Below the pieces are notes generated by a model. The model did no database searches. It saw only the letters and a list, made by a program, of their open reading frames with translations, and was not told where the DNA came from. 64,000 nt of DNA, from the NCBI GenBank assembly GCA_051294905.1, contig CM119372.1, positions 36,210,001 through 36,274,000 on the forward strand, given 5' to 3'. The position numbers were made by a program, and so were the translations under genes. Origin of the DNA: Botryllus schlosseri (taxonomy: Eukaryota). Below, one piece after another: positions 13,743 through 26,501 of the stretch (its first letter is position 1; every line of letters starts with the position of its first letter).

Positions 13743-14663
13743 ATGACGGATATATTTACGAAGAGATGCCTCTCTGAATGTACAAACACCAGTATCATTT
13801 GCGAATATTGTTTGCTTGTAATCGCCGTCTACTTCTGTTCCGTTCACTGGATTTATATTCATCACATGCATAACTGCCATGAATGCTGTGCGATTTCGCG
13901 AAAGCTTACGCGAAGTATTCTTCTGGCGATCAGCAGCACATTAATTGTTGCCTCGATGATTATCGATATTATTGTGATGATATATCATCGGGAAAAGTGC
14001 GACCACTGCAAAGGGCCTGATGTCGCGTCGAATAGGAGCAACTGCAGCGATGTAGTATGTAGTATGGAGGGAATATCGACTGTTTGGTCATCTATGATCG
14101 TTGCCTTTGTAGCCGTACCAGTTTTGTTACACGCCGTCACGTGGATGAGGCAGAGGGTAATCTATCGGAGTTCGTTCTTGTCTCATCTGTCAAACAATAT
14201 TTCAAGATTCATAAGCAAATACTTTTTAATTTACATTGCAGTGGTGGTCATCTTGGCGATAACGCTCATCTGCTTATCCTACTGCGAAATTGTGTCGCTC
14301 ATGCTGCTTACTTGGGCTATCCAGTTCCCGCTTCTGATTCTATCTGTCTATCCATTAATCAAAGCAATCTATTTCTGCCGGATATTGAACCAAAGAAGTC
14401 ATTGCAAATACGCTCGACTTATAAGAAGAATCACCATTGTGACTACGATATGCTTGGCGTCAGATACAGCTCTAGCGATATATTTAGAGCTAGGTGACTG
14501 CCCGCCGTTATGGTCCTTCCATTTAAACCTGCTCCTCAATCTGATTTGTGTGAATTTCATCTCGAAGGATTGGAAATGGAGGCTTGCGCCTTGGGTACGT
14601 TCCTTACAAACCTTTGTTCGGACAAGGGAGAGAATATCGTACGTGGAACGTGAACTTCGATGA
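13743..14663 (+). CDS. Single-exon multi-pass membrane protein, 7TM/GPCR-like, 306 aa
   Basis: Longest ORF in the window, with about 7 hydrophobic segments, a basic WMRQRVIY after TM3, SVYPL, SD in TM6, and NLLLN...WKWRLAPW near the C-terminus. Confidence 0.75.
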   Translation: MTDIFTKRCLSECTNTSIICEYCLLVIAVYFCSVHWIYIHHMHNCHECCAISRKLTRSILLAISSTLIVASMIIDIIVMIYHREKCDHCKGPDVASNRSNCSDVVCSMEGISTVWSSMIVAFVAVPVLLHAVTWMRQRVIYRSSFLSHLSNNISRFISKYFLIYIAVVVILAITLICLSYCEIVSLMLLTWAIQFPLLILSVYPLIKAIYFCRILNQRSHCKYARLIRRITIVTTICLASDTALAIYLELGDCPPLWSFHLNLLLNLICVNFISKDWKWRLAPWVRSLQTFVRTRERISYVERELR

Positions 14664-15375
14664 CAACAGTGAAATCTGCGTACAAGGTCCTAATCCGATT
14701 GTGAACATCTACAATGCTACACTCCAACAAGCGGCAGAGAATTAGATGATAGTTTAGATTCACAAGAAGGTAACGGCTGCTTGTTCACAATAGATGGGAC
14801 CGAAAAAGCAATCTTGAATGAAGACATCGGGGTGCATTTGCTCTGTAACCGTTTCAATAATATTACTTCGCATGGATTTTGTTGAAATTTTGGAATTTAT
14901 TCAATTGTAAGTATTGTGATATGATATCGGCAGGCCTATGTATATGATACGGAGATCCCAGAAATTTGTTGTAATGCGTCGGTGGCGAATCAATTAACCA
15001 ACTGTGGAAGCGTTTAGATTTCATAGATTTCGAGGTTGGATTCAAGTACTTTTAACTTAGCTTCGAAGAAAGACTGACTCAAAGGGACAGTGCTCAGGTG
15101 AATCAAGTAACTTAATCTGAAGCTGAGGTACAAAGCGACAGATAGACTTCAGATGTGCAAATGAAAATGCAAGCGCATGATCTCAAATGGCTCGATAATA
15201 TGATTTATGTTGCGGCCACGCTGTTTAAAATGACTCATGTTTGTTCGTGCCATCTTATGACTCTGTGACGTACACATTGCATTACTTAAAAGCGCCTGCG
15301 TTAGGTCTTCTTAACGTGGGGTGTATGAACCCCTTGGGGTCGCACACTAGTTTTAAGGTTTCCATGAAAGGTCAA

Positions 15376-15425
15376 TGATGGTGGTGCTGCTGCTGCTGTT
15401 GTTGTTGTTGTTTTTGTTGTTGTTA
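15376..15425. repeat. Compound trinucleotide microsatellite (GGT/GCT/GTT)n
   Basis: gatggtggtgctgctgctgctgttgttgttgttg is directly visible. Confidence 0.9.
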
Positions 15426-18400
15426 TTCCAGGTGTTTTTCGACTACAAAGGCCATTTACACCGGGTCGATTTTTATTTATTTTGATTCCGTACCTGCCAA
15501 CCATACAGCCCATTTCTAGACTTATTTTCAATAAACCACTTGTACAGATCAGAAGGCGAAGGGCAATTGAGACAAACTTCTAACACTTGAGTATAAAGTC
15601 TGAAGGCCAATGCTGAAACTACAACAATATAAATTCTAAAGTTACCTTTATTGTTCTTAGTCCATATTTTTACATATTTCCATACTTTGTCTAATTTTTG
15701 GTTCTCAAGACAGGTCGCAATGGTCATATGGACGATACGAACAGTCCAACTTGTTACCAGGCCGTGGTGAGGATTAGGCAAAATCGATGACCTATTTATA
15801 GTCACCAGCTGCTCAAATTCCGCGGTTAGGCTAATTAAAATTTAACCCTGGTTGTGGAGATCAAAACAATATCTCGGGATGGCTATACTACACAGTGCAA
15901 ATGCGCAGTCATACACCACAAAATTATAGATTCCGCGCTAAAAACAGGGTAAGAACCCCTGAACTACGTGAATTTCGTTAATCTCCCTTCAAAGTTTGAT
16001 ATCGATGAAAGAACAGTCGTAAAATGAAAACGCTGGTTGAATGGTAGACTTGGGAGGCTTCATCCTTTCGTTATTCTTATGCTACCCATCCCAATTAATG
16101 CAGCAATCGTTCAACGCCGTGGCGTATTGTTATTCTCTGAATCGATGGGCTGTCATGCAGTTCCACCTGCTCATAACAATAGGCAGTATAGTCAGTGTTG
16201 CTTCTGTAGTAGAAGTAGTGATTTCCAACACGTGTCCAAACTAAATTGTTTAAAGACACTTTATTTAAAACATGCTGAAAATTGTTTTAAAAAATTGACT
16301 TTTTGACAAAAACAAATTTTTTTCGAATGTAGTATAATTATGACATAATTGTGCAAATACTTTCGCAAAATACGTAGTATGAGCCTATGGACGATTTGCA
16401 CCCGATACAGTCGTCCTACGCGATATGGAATTGTCGGAACCCTCATAATCGTCGTGTGTGGCATAACGATGTAGCCCTGGTTAAAGATATTTTGGTCCGT
16501 TTAATACAGGGTTCGGAAGCCGTTTTCGTCAAGGGAGCTATTTTACCCTACGTGTTCGATAGTCAATCCACTGTGACGTCACAAGATTCGAGGCATCATG
16601 GCTAAAAATAAAAATAAAACATGTTTCAAACAGGGGTCTTGCTTTAAACATGATTGTTTTAAATTTATTTTTGTTTTGAATACAACCCTAGTCCGGCTAT
16701 AAATGAGGTGAATGAAGAAAATGAAAGCTCTCAAAAGTAATGAAGTAGTTGGGAAAAGTATGTTGGTGAAGAGTACATATACTTTCAGGCAGAATTGATA
16801 GGAGGTGAAAACTCTCGACAATGCGGGATAACATTTCGCAACCATCGCAAAAAGATTAATGACGGTACAAATGGGTACATTCGTCTATAAACATGTGTTT
16901 ACCAAAGGGAGGATATCGCCCTCGCCTGGAATATTTTGAAGGACAGGATGCTAAAGTAAGGAATGGGCCCATTGTGGGGTGAAAATTTTAGAACGTTCAG
17001 TCCATTTTATTGACAGAAAAGCGTTTTAATACTTGACACATTTAGCACGGGAAAAGTGAAAAGGAAGTTAGGGAACCAGTGCACAAGACTATTACAACCA
17101 GAGGTTACTATGATGCCAATTTCACGCGCTTGTTATGACGATCTAACTGATAACTGCAAACTTATCCCAAAACTAGTATTTACTTGACAAAATATTAAAT
17201 GCATAATTTTTGCCTAAATAACACAGTAAAATTAGCATAATAACATGGCCACTTGGATAGTTAGTGCAAGTATAGACAAAACGTACTTGAGTACTTCGAT
17301 AAAGTAAAGGTACTTCAATCCTGACTACCTCTGTAGTGTCGTCAGGTATTTGCCTGTTAGCGAGGTAACATGACGCGAAGTAGCCTATAACAACAGCCAA
17401 ACCATTGTTAGCCATGCGATATGACGTATAATTCTTTCAAATCACTCCTTCGTGGTAAGTACCCGCTCCAGTCGAGGTTACAGTCACGTATGGATGAACA
17501 AAATAAATCAGGGTCGCGTTCTTCCATCTACTCCAGTGGTTCTCAACCTTTTCACCTCGCGGACCGGTAGAATTCCCAAAAATATTTGGCGAACCGGTGG
17601 ACTTCCAAAAATTGAAATCAACCCGCAATGCAAAGTAAACAGACGTTTTTTGCAAGTATATGGTGCTAGAGAGTGTCATTTTGAGAGTTTCGATCATAAT
17701 TAATTATGTTCATGATGGCATCCATGTGATTTTACGGTTGTGAGTGTGCTGAGTCGAAGTAGAATTGCATTGCCCAGATAAACGTGTTACTGCCGAGAGT
17801 CGTTTACAGGCTTTCGCGTCGTAGACCGTGGATTTAACCGACCGCGGCAACTCGAATAATATTCATATCTTCGACAATATCGAGGGAAGAAGTGTTTCCG
17901 GAGTAAAACCAACACCTAGTCGTGCTACCTTGTTGAATGCCCATTTCCCACTACTACCAGACGTGGACAGTAGTATAATTAGTCGCTGGTGAGAGGTAAA
18001 ATACCGGAAACCAGAATGTTGTATTTCGGAAGTCAGAAACGCAGCATTTTGAGCTAGCTAGCAGTCGAAAATCGGCCTATGGAGCTTCGGAAAAGCGTCA
18101 TTGTGGCGCTTCATGGACGCGCATTGTGTATTTCATAGAACTAATGACTCTGTGTATGGTGTGCGGATTTTGAAAACAGGTGTTCGAGTGTGTATTGACC
18201 TATATTCCGCGCGACAAATGACTCTGGCATCCTGGGTCCGCTCAATCACTATAGTGGTTCTATCGTGAATTGCTTCCCATGAAACAGCCGCTACAGTATA
18301 CTGAATCTATCGTAATATGGTATCGGAGTATTACAGTAGTCTGTCAAACCCTTTCATGAATTCAGCAGCGACACGAAAATATTCATCAAACATTGTGTAT

Positions 18401-18951
18401 TGTGAAACAGTTATATTGCAAGATATCGTGATGCTGTATTACAGAATGGCATGCCGTGATTATCAGCTAATATTTCACAAAACCTGATCGTTTACACTAA
18501 TAAAGGCTAAAGTTGAAACAGCAGTCGCAAGGGTAAAAAAATTTCGCAAAATGATTTGAAATTCAACTCATTCAGTGATCTGTTTTTCCCGTGTCAAAAT
18601 TGAGTATCGGAAAATGCTATCGCCATTGCATCCGAAATATCAACATCTTACACAACCTAACTAGACCAATTACTGACAGATCGCCATGTGTTATATTTAG
18701 CTATGCCTTGTCCATCTAACTGAGCCGCTATATGTATGATAAAATAAAAGTTGCGCGAGCATATAGCGTGTGGGCGATTTTGCATGTCGCAGGGTTGAAT
18801 AATGCTTGAATTCTTTCGTACTATCTAACGTGCCCTATGTAAAACATTCTGGGTCTACAGATTTATCAAAAACACTTCCATCATCGCAAAACCGATTGAT
18901 AAAATGATTATTACATACAATCTAATCAGGTGGACTTACCTTATATGTAGA

Positions 18952-19430
18952 ATGCAGAACGGTAAAGTAATCGGAGATATCGACTACACTGTATTTTGTC
19001 TCGATGTTCGTGAGTAGTATTGATGCATTTTTTCATTTCTCTTCTCCAAAATAATTGTCATTACGAAATCTAGAACACTAAACAGCGTTGCTTGGGTAAT
19101 ATGATTTCGAGTTGGTATTAAATTCCTAACATTTTACTACAGGGTATATAGGCTCAGGCAGCAACAGTTCTGATTTAGCAGACGCTGGTGACAAGGGTCT
19201 CGCCCACTCAACACAACACACGTATTTAAAAGTATCGCATACTCACACCGAAAGCACTGACATTACCGTTTACCCCAAATAGTGTTCGCCGCGTTATTAT
19301 TTCCACGATATCACTCATTAAATATTACATTTATGTTTTTGTGTGACACTAGGTAGAATTGGATCACACCAAACTCGACGCAGCATTCCTTTGCGTCATG
19401 ATATGGATACTGTCCCGCCGCGCTTCATTG
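18952..19430 (+). other. Tentative upstream exons of the LRR gene (18952-19009, 19143-19231, 19353-19430), mirrored in the right arm
   Basis: GT-AG bounded and phase-compatible: MQNGKVIGDIDYTVFCLDV / RYIGSGSNSSDLADAGDKGLAHSTQHTYLK / VELDHTKLDAAFL. I could not join them cleanly to the exon at 20597. Confidence 0.4.
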
Positions 19431-20596
19431 GTGTGGATCTGTATCCTACAAGTTATATTGTTTTCCCTGAAAGCGGCGTTTACTCACTTGGTTGATAGCT
19501 GCGTGATTTGGCACACCACTGATTGGTTAATACTTAATTCCGTGCATCCTCTCTACGCCGCGTGCTAAATGTTTACAAGCACTTTAATCATCACGAAAGC
19601 AAATTGAAATATGTTTGCTACGTCGAGCTTATTCGGGTAGACTTGAGTTATAGGTAGAATACAGAACATCAAATAAATCCCAATATTGACTACTCCAAAA
19701 TCGGGTTAATGAGAATGGTATTGCTGTTCATAAGTTATTGCTAAAATCTTTCTATTTCTATCCACTTAAATATTTGTCATCAGAAAATTCGATCCACTAA
19801 AAGAACTTGATTTGGTAACATTAATTCGATTATTTTAGCAACTTGTCGTCAAATTGTAATCGAAATTCGACATCCTTAGCATGTATCGTTTGGTAAGCGT
19901 GCCATACTGGAAATATATCCATACATTCCTTCCAAAATACAGCATCGATTTCGATTTCAGAAGCATATACTTGCCCGAAACTATCCCAATCCAATTTTCT
20001 CCCTACAATGGCTTTCTATAACGCGATGAATGACCTATATTCTGGATAATCAGTTTATTGACATTTTTTTTTTCAATTTTTCGAACCACCTGTCTTACAA
20101 TGACACAAGTATAATAGCGATAACATGGTAATAATAGAATCGCGGCAGGGATCCCCTCCACAATGTAAATGGTTATTACTCATTACTATCTTCATATGAA
20201 ACACCTAATTACAAGATTCCAAAGGTACAGAAAAGTTTAGGTCGAAATAAATAATTGACTTCATTCTATATTCTACTGCTACAAAACCGAGATTGGTTGG
20301 TTACACACCGTAAACCTAACGCTATACATTGTAGTCGAGCAATCTCGAGCTTGAATATGTCAAGACCTCTGATTATTTCTATCTGGCGTATCGGAATATT
20401 CAAATAATCCAACAATGGAATTATTGCTTAAAAAAAATCACTGCTTCAGTTTATCTGGCACGTATCATTATTTTATCCGACTTATCGAAATATTGAAAAT
20501 AGTCCAACACAAAAATCACATTGGAATTTTATTGGAATGAATATTCATTTTATTTTCTGATCATTAATTAATGACGATATACCACATATACTAAAG

Positions 20597-23446
20597 GTGA
20601 TAAGAGGATGTACCATCAATCAATACTTATGGATCATGATGAAGTTGAAATTCCTTATGGGATCTATCATAAAACTACGACCGAATTGGATGTAAAGAAT
20701 ATTGTGAATGGTCTCATGGAGAACTCTCGCATGTACGAGTTAGAATTCCGCCAAAGCCATCTTAATGAGAACCTTGTAAAGATGATATTGGACCAAATTC
20801 GCGAATTTGCATTTGAGGTAAACACATTCACACATTCCGCTCACAGTCACTGAGCAAGTGAACATTATAATCCACGTTCAATTTAAGCATGATATCCGTA
20901 TAATATACAGAGGTGGCTTAAATAAAAAACTTTCATCATGACCGCATTGTTTCATATTGATATTGTTATTACGGGGGGAATTGAAGGTATCGTACCGAAC
21001 AACGCTTAATTGCGCACCAGTGTAGCCATTTATTGCAATAGTCGTACTAGAGACTAGTGAGAGCTGATGAGGGGGTTGATTATTCATCACCTCAATTACT
21101 GCTTTACGGAGGAAAGTTTTGCATTTGTAAAGGTCCGAATAAAAAAACTCAGCGTCACAGCCCACGAGGGCATTGACAACCTCTTACCAGCCATCTGCGA
21201 GTTGATGAACGAGTGTGGTTCGACAGAACTCAATCTGGGGGAGAGTAGCGGATCTAGCGATTTTCTGCTCGTTTTGAGTCAACTTATCAGGCAACATCAG
21301 GTATTGGCGATGGAAAAATCCGGAGACTAAACTAGTATAAATCCTTTCCAAATGAGATCTTCCCATATAGGTGAAATTGGAAAAACTCGATCTCAGCTAC
21401 GGCGAAAACATCGACTTTACGCAACTCGAGACTATTATTTGAAGCGATCTAACCTGTTTGTCACTTGTGAACTCGCACTTGCAGTCAAAGGATTTTGTCG
21501 CCATGCAGGTCAAAAACAGTAAGGTATGGGTCTTGGGCGATTGTTGTTGAGTAGTGGTCAAGAGTCACATTCTTTATTGGTGGTTGCACAGAGTTCATTT
21601 GAGACGAATCATAGAAATTCTATTTTATCTCAGAACATTTCACCAATCTATTATGACGTGACTGGCTAATCAACATTTCTCTGTTATAAGTTTGTAGTGT
21701 TTATCTTCATCTCTGATTAATTGTGGTCGTAAATTGTCAGTTTCTCATATTCGTTTAGCTACAATATCTTGACATCAGTTATAATCATTTGGATGAAGAG
21801 TGTATGAATGCACTGCCCCCCTTATTTTCTAAAGACAAAGCGGTTACTCTTGTGATGAAAGGATGCGACCTTACACCCGATGAAATCGATGCTTTTGAAT
21901 GTTTTGGTGAAATCGAGGTAGCCACTCGTTTCCACAATTTTGCGTGTCTTTTTCAGAATAATTTGCTGTATTTTGTAGGTTGAAAAACTCGATCTAAGTT
22001 ACAATACGGATTTGGAACCGGTAGGATTGCAAGAAATCGGACGCTTCGTGAAAAGGCATAACACGAAGGAAGTTCGACTTTCAGCTTGCGAATTGGATGA
22101 ACAGTCATTAGTGTCGTTGAATAATGGTCTCGGAAATCATAAGGTGATCCATTTTAGCTATAGATCTGTCTTGTTTTCTTACAAGTGAAATAATAAAGCA
22201 TAATGTAATACTAATGTGGGTTCCAATCATATAGTCAGGCATGGCATTTCATTTTGCGAGCGAATTTATCATCAATAAGGCATTCCTGATCACGTCTGGC
22301 GATAAAAAAGTGTCATTGCTTCTAAGCGGAAGGTTTTCTATAGCTTATTCATATTAATGGTAGTTTCGATAGTTTCTTCAATATCCTATCGACGCTCATT
22401 ATTATTTTTTCTGTATTACACTAGTTTTGCGATGAGGCGCCGAAATTGATCAAATTACTCTGTCGCCGATAAATATTGTTATTACAGCAACTGTGTGGTT
22501 TGTAGCGCCGTAAAATATCTGAACATCACACTATGTTATAGCTGCATTCGCTGGATTTGAGTAGAAATCCTGAAATTTCATCCAGCTACAAAACAGTAAC
22601 TGAAATCCTGCACAAAACCCGCGTTGAAGAATTCAATCTGAGTAATTGCAAGATGCTTTCCATACAAATCAGGAATCTTAGCGAAGAGATGGGGGAGCTA
22701 TGCCCTACAGTGAGTTCTTTCTGCTCTCTCATGCATCTCAATAAAGCAATGTAGTTTAGATTTCGTTACTGAAATTGATCTAAACCGCCTAATATTCAAT
22801 TATTCAATGAACAGCTAAAGGTATTCGACCTCAGTGACAGCGATAGAACAAGAATCGACGAGGAATATGTGACTATCATTCAGAGCTTCGTGAAATATCA
22901 TCCTGAATGTCGCCAACTCAAACTGATCTTACCGCGCTTGAATGGCGTAGACAGGGAAACTTTAAGGAAGCAATTGTATTCGTCCGGTAAGACGACATTT
23001 CCGCATAAATATGCATCTATACATTGAAATTTGGTGCCCTTATTCCTTCACTTTATATTACTTATCGTGTTCGCTACGGCTTGATAAAATTTCATGTCTC
23101 TGTGTTAATTAAAGCATGAATTAAAGCACCACAATCACAACCTAATTGAAACCACGAGTCTGCAACCAATATTCTGATTTTGTTGAACAGTTATAGTTAA
23201 TAAATATTTTTATTGGTATCATTATGATAACAATATCTTCGAGACCTGTGTATGGCATACCCAGGAACCCGTATTATAAAATTGTACCGATTTGACAGAA
23301 TGCATAGAGTTGAGATGTTTCGATTCTAATTACATGTGGTATTATATGGGTTTCGTAAAACGAGACATACAACGCGATTTCCTAAAAGGTTCATCTCTTT
23401 TTGCGTTGCTTTAGACCGGACGCGTATAATATACACATTTGGATAA
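20597..23446 (+). pseudogene. Spliced ribonuclease-inhibitor/NLR-type LRR gene, left-arm copy with premature stop
   Basis: Exons 20597-20817, 21133-21300, 21371-21523, 21759-21917, 21979-22143, 22542-22709, 22815-22986 and 23415-23446, all GT-AG. Motifs LEKLDLSY, LQYLDISYNHL, VEKLDLSYN, LHSLDLSRN and LKVFDLSD. In-frame TGA at 21440-21442. Confidence 0.85.
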
Positions 23447-24684
23447 CGATTTTCTTTCATCACATGAGCAATATGTTCAGTGTTCACCCACGCGATAAAG
23501 CAAATCAGTAGTCCTCATAAGACTTGCAAATGTTTATCACACTCATAATAGTATACTAACGGCAACTATAGTCGGCGATATACTGCAGGTTTCGATGTGA
23601 TCGGCTGACCAATAATAAATCGCACATAGCACTCACATCAGTGCAATAATTGGCTTCAGGTGTTTGGTAGGTATTTCATTACGACGGAAGCATGTGAACC
23701 GAAGTTTTGGTCGTGATTGATAGTGACCGAGCGGTAAAATATGGTTGTGTTTAATCTGTGTGTGTGTGTGTGTACGACTGTGAAGCTACAATCTACGATA
23801 TCATCCCCGTACTTCACTTGTTAAGATCCGTGCTTAGCATTTTCGAGACGCATTACGACTGAATTTGCAATCTCGCTAGTTTTACGAACCGGTATATGCT
23901 TGTGTTGCGACAATGATCAGTGGATGATCATGATCAAGCTTCGAAAATGGATGAACACGTGTTTTCGAGCTTATTAACAACTCATGAGTGTGCACTTGTC
24001 AGTTAGTTTGCTCACACGTAAATAATAGAGATTTTCGCTGCGCAGGGAAGATGTTGTTTAAATCTTTATAAACCAATTCACATTGCATACAATCCTTGCC
24101 GCTTCGAACTCGGAAAGTCAATTTGGTAAACTCAATCACCAGATCCCGATAATCACCTGAAGCGATAAACCAAAACCAACAAATAATGTATAGCTTCAAC
24201 TAGGCCCACATGTCGATACACTGTCAATACGAAAAGTTACAATGTGTATGATGCTACAAATTCCGTGTGTTCCATTCTGGTTCAGCTCATTCATACAAAG
24301 TATTTGAAGAAATTGTTGCTTGTGCAGTTATGGTGTGAAAACTGGATGTATATAAAGCTTGATAGATGCTATCTCGTTCTGGAAGTATATTGATTCTATC
24401 ATCATGTATGCTTGAGGTCACCGACATTAATACGAAAGAATTGTTACTGTACAAATGTTTTACAGTCGATAGTTTACTGTCTGTAATAATTACACAACAA
24501 GGTTGCAGCTCAAACGATTACCGCATTGCCATGAGAGTTAATTATGATTCCACCGATGTTGTGCACCATAATATATTGAAAATTAATTTTCACGAGCTCC
24601 AAACTTGCATCGCGAGATCAATAAAATCGATTTTGTAAATTCAATCTGATGAATAGATGGCGGAAGACTTGTAGATCTAGAACG

Positions 24685-25263
24685 CAATCAGTCATATTTG
24701 TCCATCATGATACATAGTTATTCGAGCAAATTTAACAGTGATGCTATCGATACAGTGAACAGCACAAGGGGTGATATATTCACAGTCAAATATGGGAACC
24801 ATGAATAATAATGCACCCTGATTTTCGTTGAATATTCACAACACCGACAAATTGATAAATCTCTCTGTCGTAGACATCGACGATACAATTCTCATCCCAA
24901 TGCACAGTTCGAATGGTAGGCTCATCGGGCGTGAAATCCAAATCAAATAACACATAGGTGTGCTTTCTTGACTTCAAGATCCGTACAGAGGCATCGCGCC
25001 TGTGTTTTAGAACTACAGTGTGAGGCCAGAGAAAACGGTGTACGGAATAACGTATCGTCATGATCTCCCGTTGATATGATTAACTGAAACTTACGTCGCT
25101 CGATAGATATGCTGTGGTGACCTGTTTCGAAATGTAGCGGGGTGAACTAGACCAAAACTTTTGATGACACGTTTTATAATTATGCATTGTGTGAAAATAC
25201 GAGACGGCGCTCTCTAGCGGGGTGGTTAACACGATTTCAGTCTTCATCCTACAGAAACACTAT
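24685..25263. other. Unique 579-bp spacer (loop) of the palindrome, containing a 91-aa minus-strand ORF at 24786-25061
   Basis: Symmetry ends after ...TCTAGAACG at 24684 and resumes with CGTTCTAGA at 25264. Confidence 0.85.
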
Positions 25264-26501
25264 CGTTCTAGATCTACAAGTCTTCCGCCATCTATTCATC
25301 AGATTGAATTTACAAAATCGATTTTATTGATCTCGCGATGCAAGTTTGGAGCTCGTGAAAATTAATTTTCAATATATTATGGTGCACAACATCGGTGGAA
25401 TCATAATTAACTCTCATGGCAATGCGGTAATCGTTTGAGCTGCAACCTTGTTGTGTAATTATTACAGACAGTAAACTATCGACTGTAAAACATTTGTACA
25501 GTAACAATTCTTTCGTATTAATGTCGGTGACCTCAAGCATACATGATGATAGAATCAATATACTTCCAGAACGAGATAGCATCTATCAAGCTTTATATAC
25601 ATCCAGTTTTCACACCATAACTGCACAAGCAACAATTTCTTCAAATACTTTGTATGAATGAGCTGAACCAGAATGGAACACACGGAATTTGTAGCATCAT
25701 ACACATTGTAACTTTTCGTATTGACAGTGTATCGACATGTGGGCCTAGTTGAAGCTATACATTATTTGTTGGTTTTGGTTTATCGCTTCAGGTGATTATC
25801 GGGATCTGGTGATTGAGTTTACCAAATTGACTTTCCGAGTTCGAAGCGGCAAGGATTGTATGCAATGTGAATTGGTTTATAAAGATTTAAACAACATCTT
25901 CCCTGCGCAGCGAAAATCTCTATTATTTACGTGTGAGCAAACTAACTGACAAGTGCACACTCATGAGTTGTTAATAAGCTCGAAAACACGTGTTCATCCA
26001 TTTTCGAAGCTTGATCATGATCATCCACTGATCATTGTCGCAACACAAGCATATACCGGTTCGTAAAACTAGCGAGATTGCAAATTCAGTCGTAATGCGT
26101 CTCGAAAATGCTAAGCACGGATCTTAACAAGTGAAGCACGGGGATGATATCGTAGATTGTAGCTTCACAGTCGTACACACACACACACACAGATTAAACA
26201 CAACCATATTTTACCGCTCGGTCACTATCAATCACGACCAAAACTTCGGTTCACATGCTTCCGTCGTAATGAAATACCTACCAAACACCTGAAGCCAATT
26301 ATTGCACTGATGTGAGTGCTATGTGCGATTTATTATTGGTCAGCCGATCACATCGAAACCTGCAGTATATCGCCGACTATAGTTGCCGTTAGTATACTAT
26401 TATGAGTGTGATAAACATTTGCAAGTCTTATGAGGACTACTGATTTGCTTTATCGCGTGGGTGAACACTGAACATATTGCTCATGTGATGAAAGAAAATC
26501 G

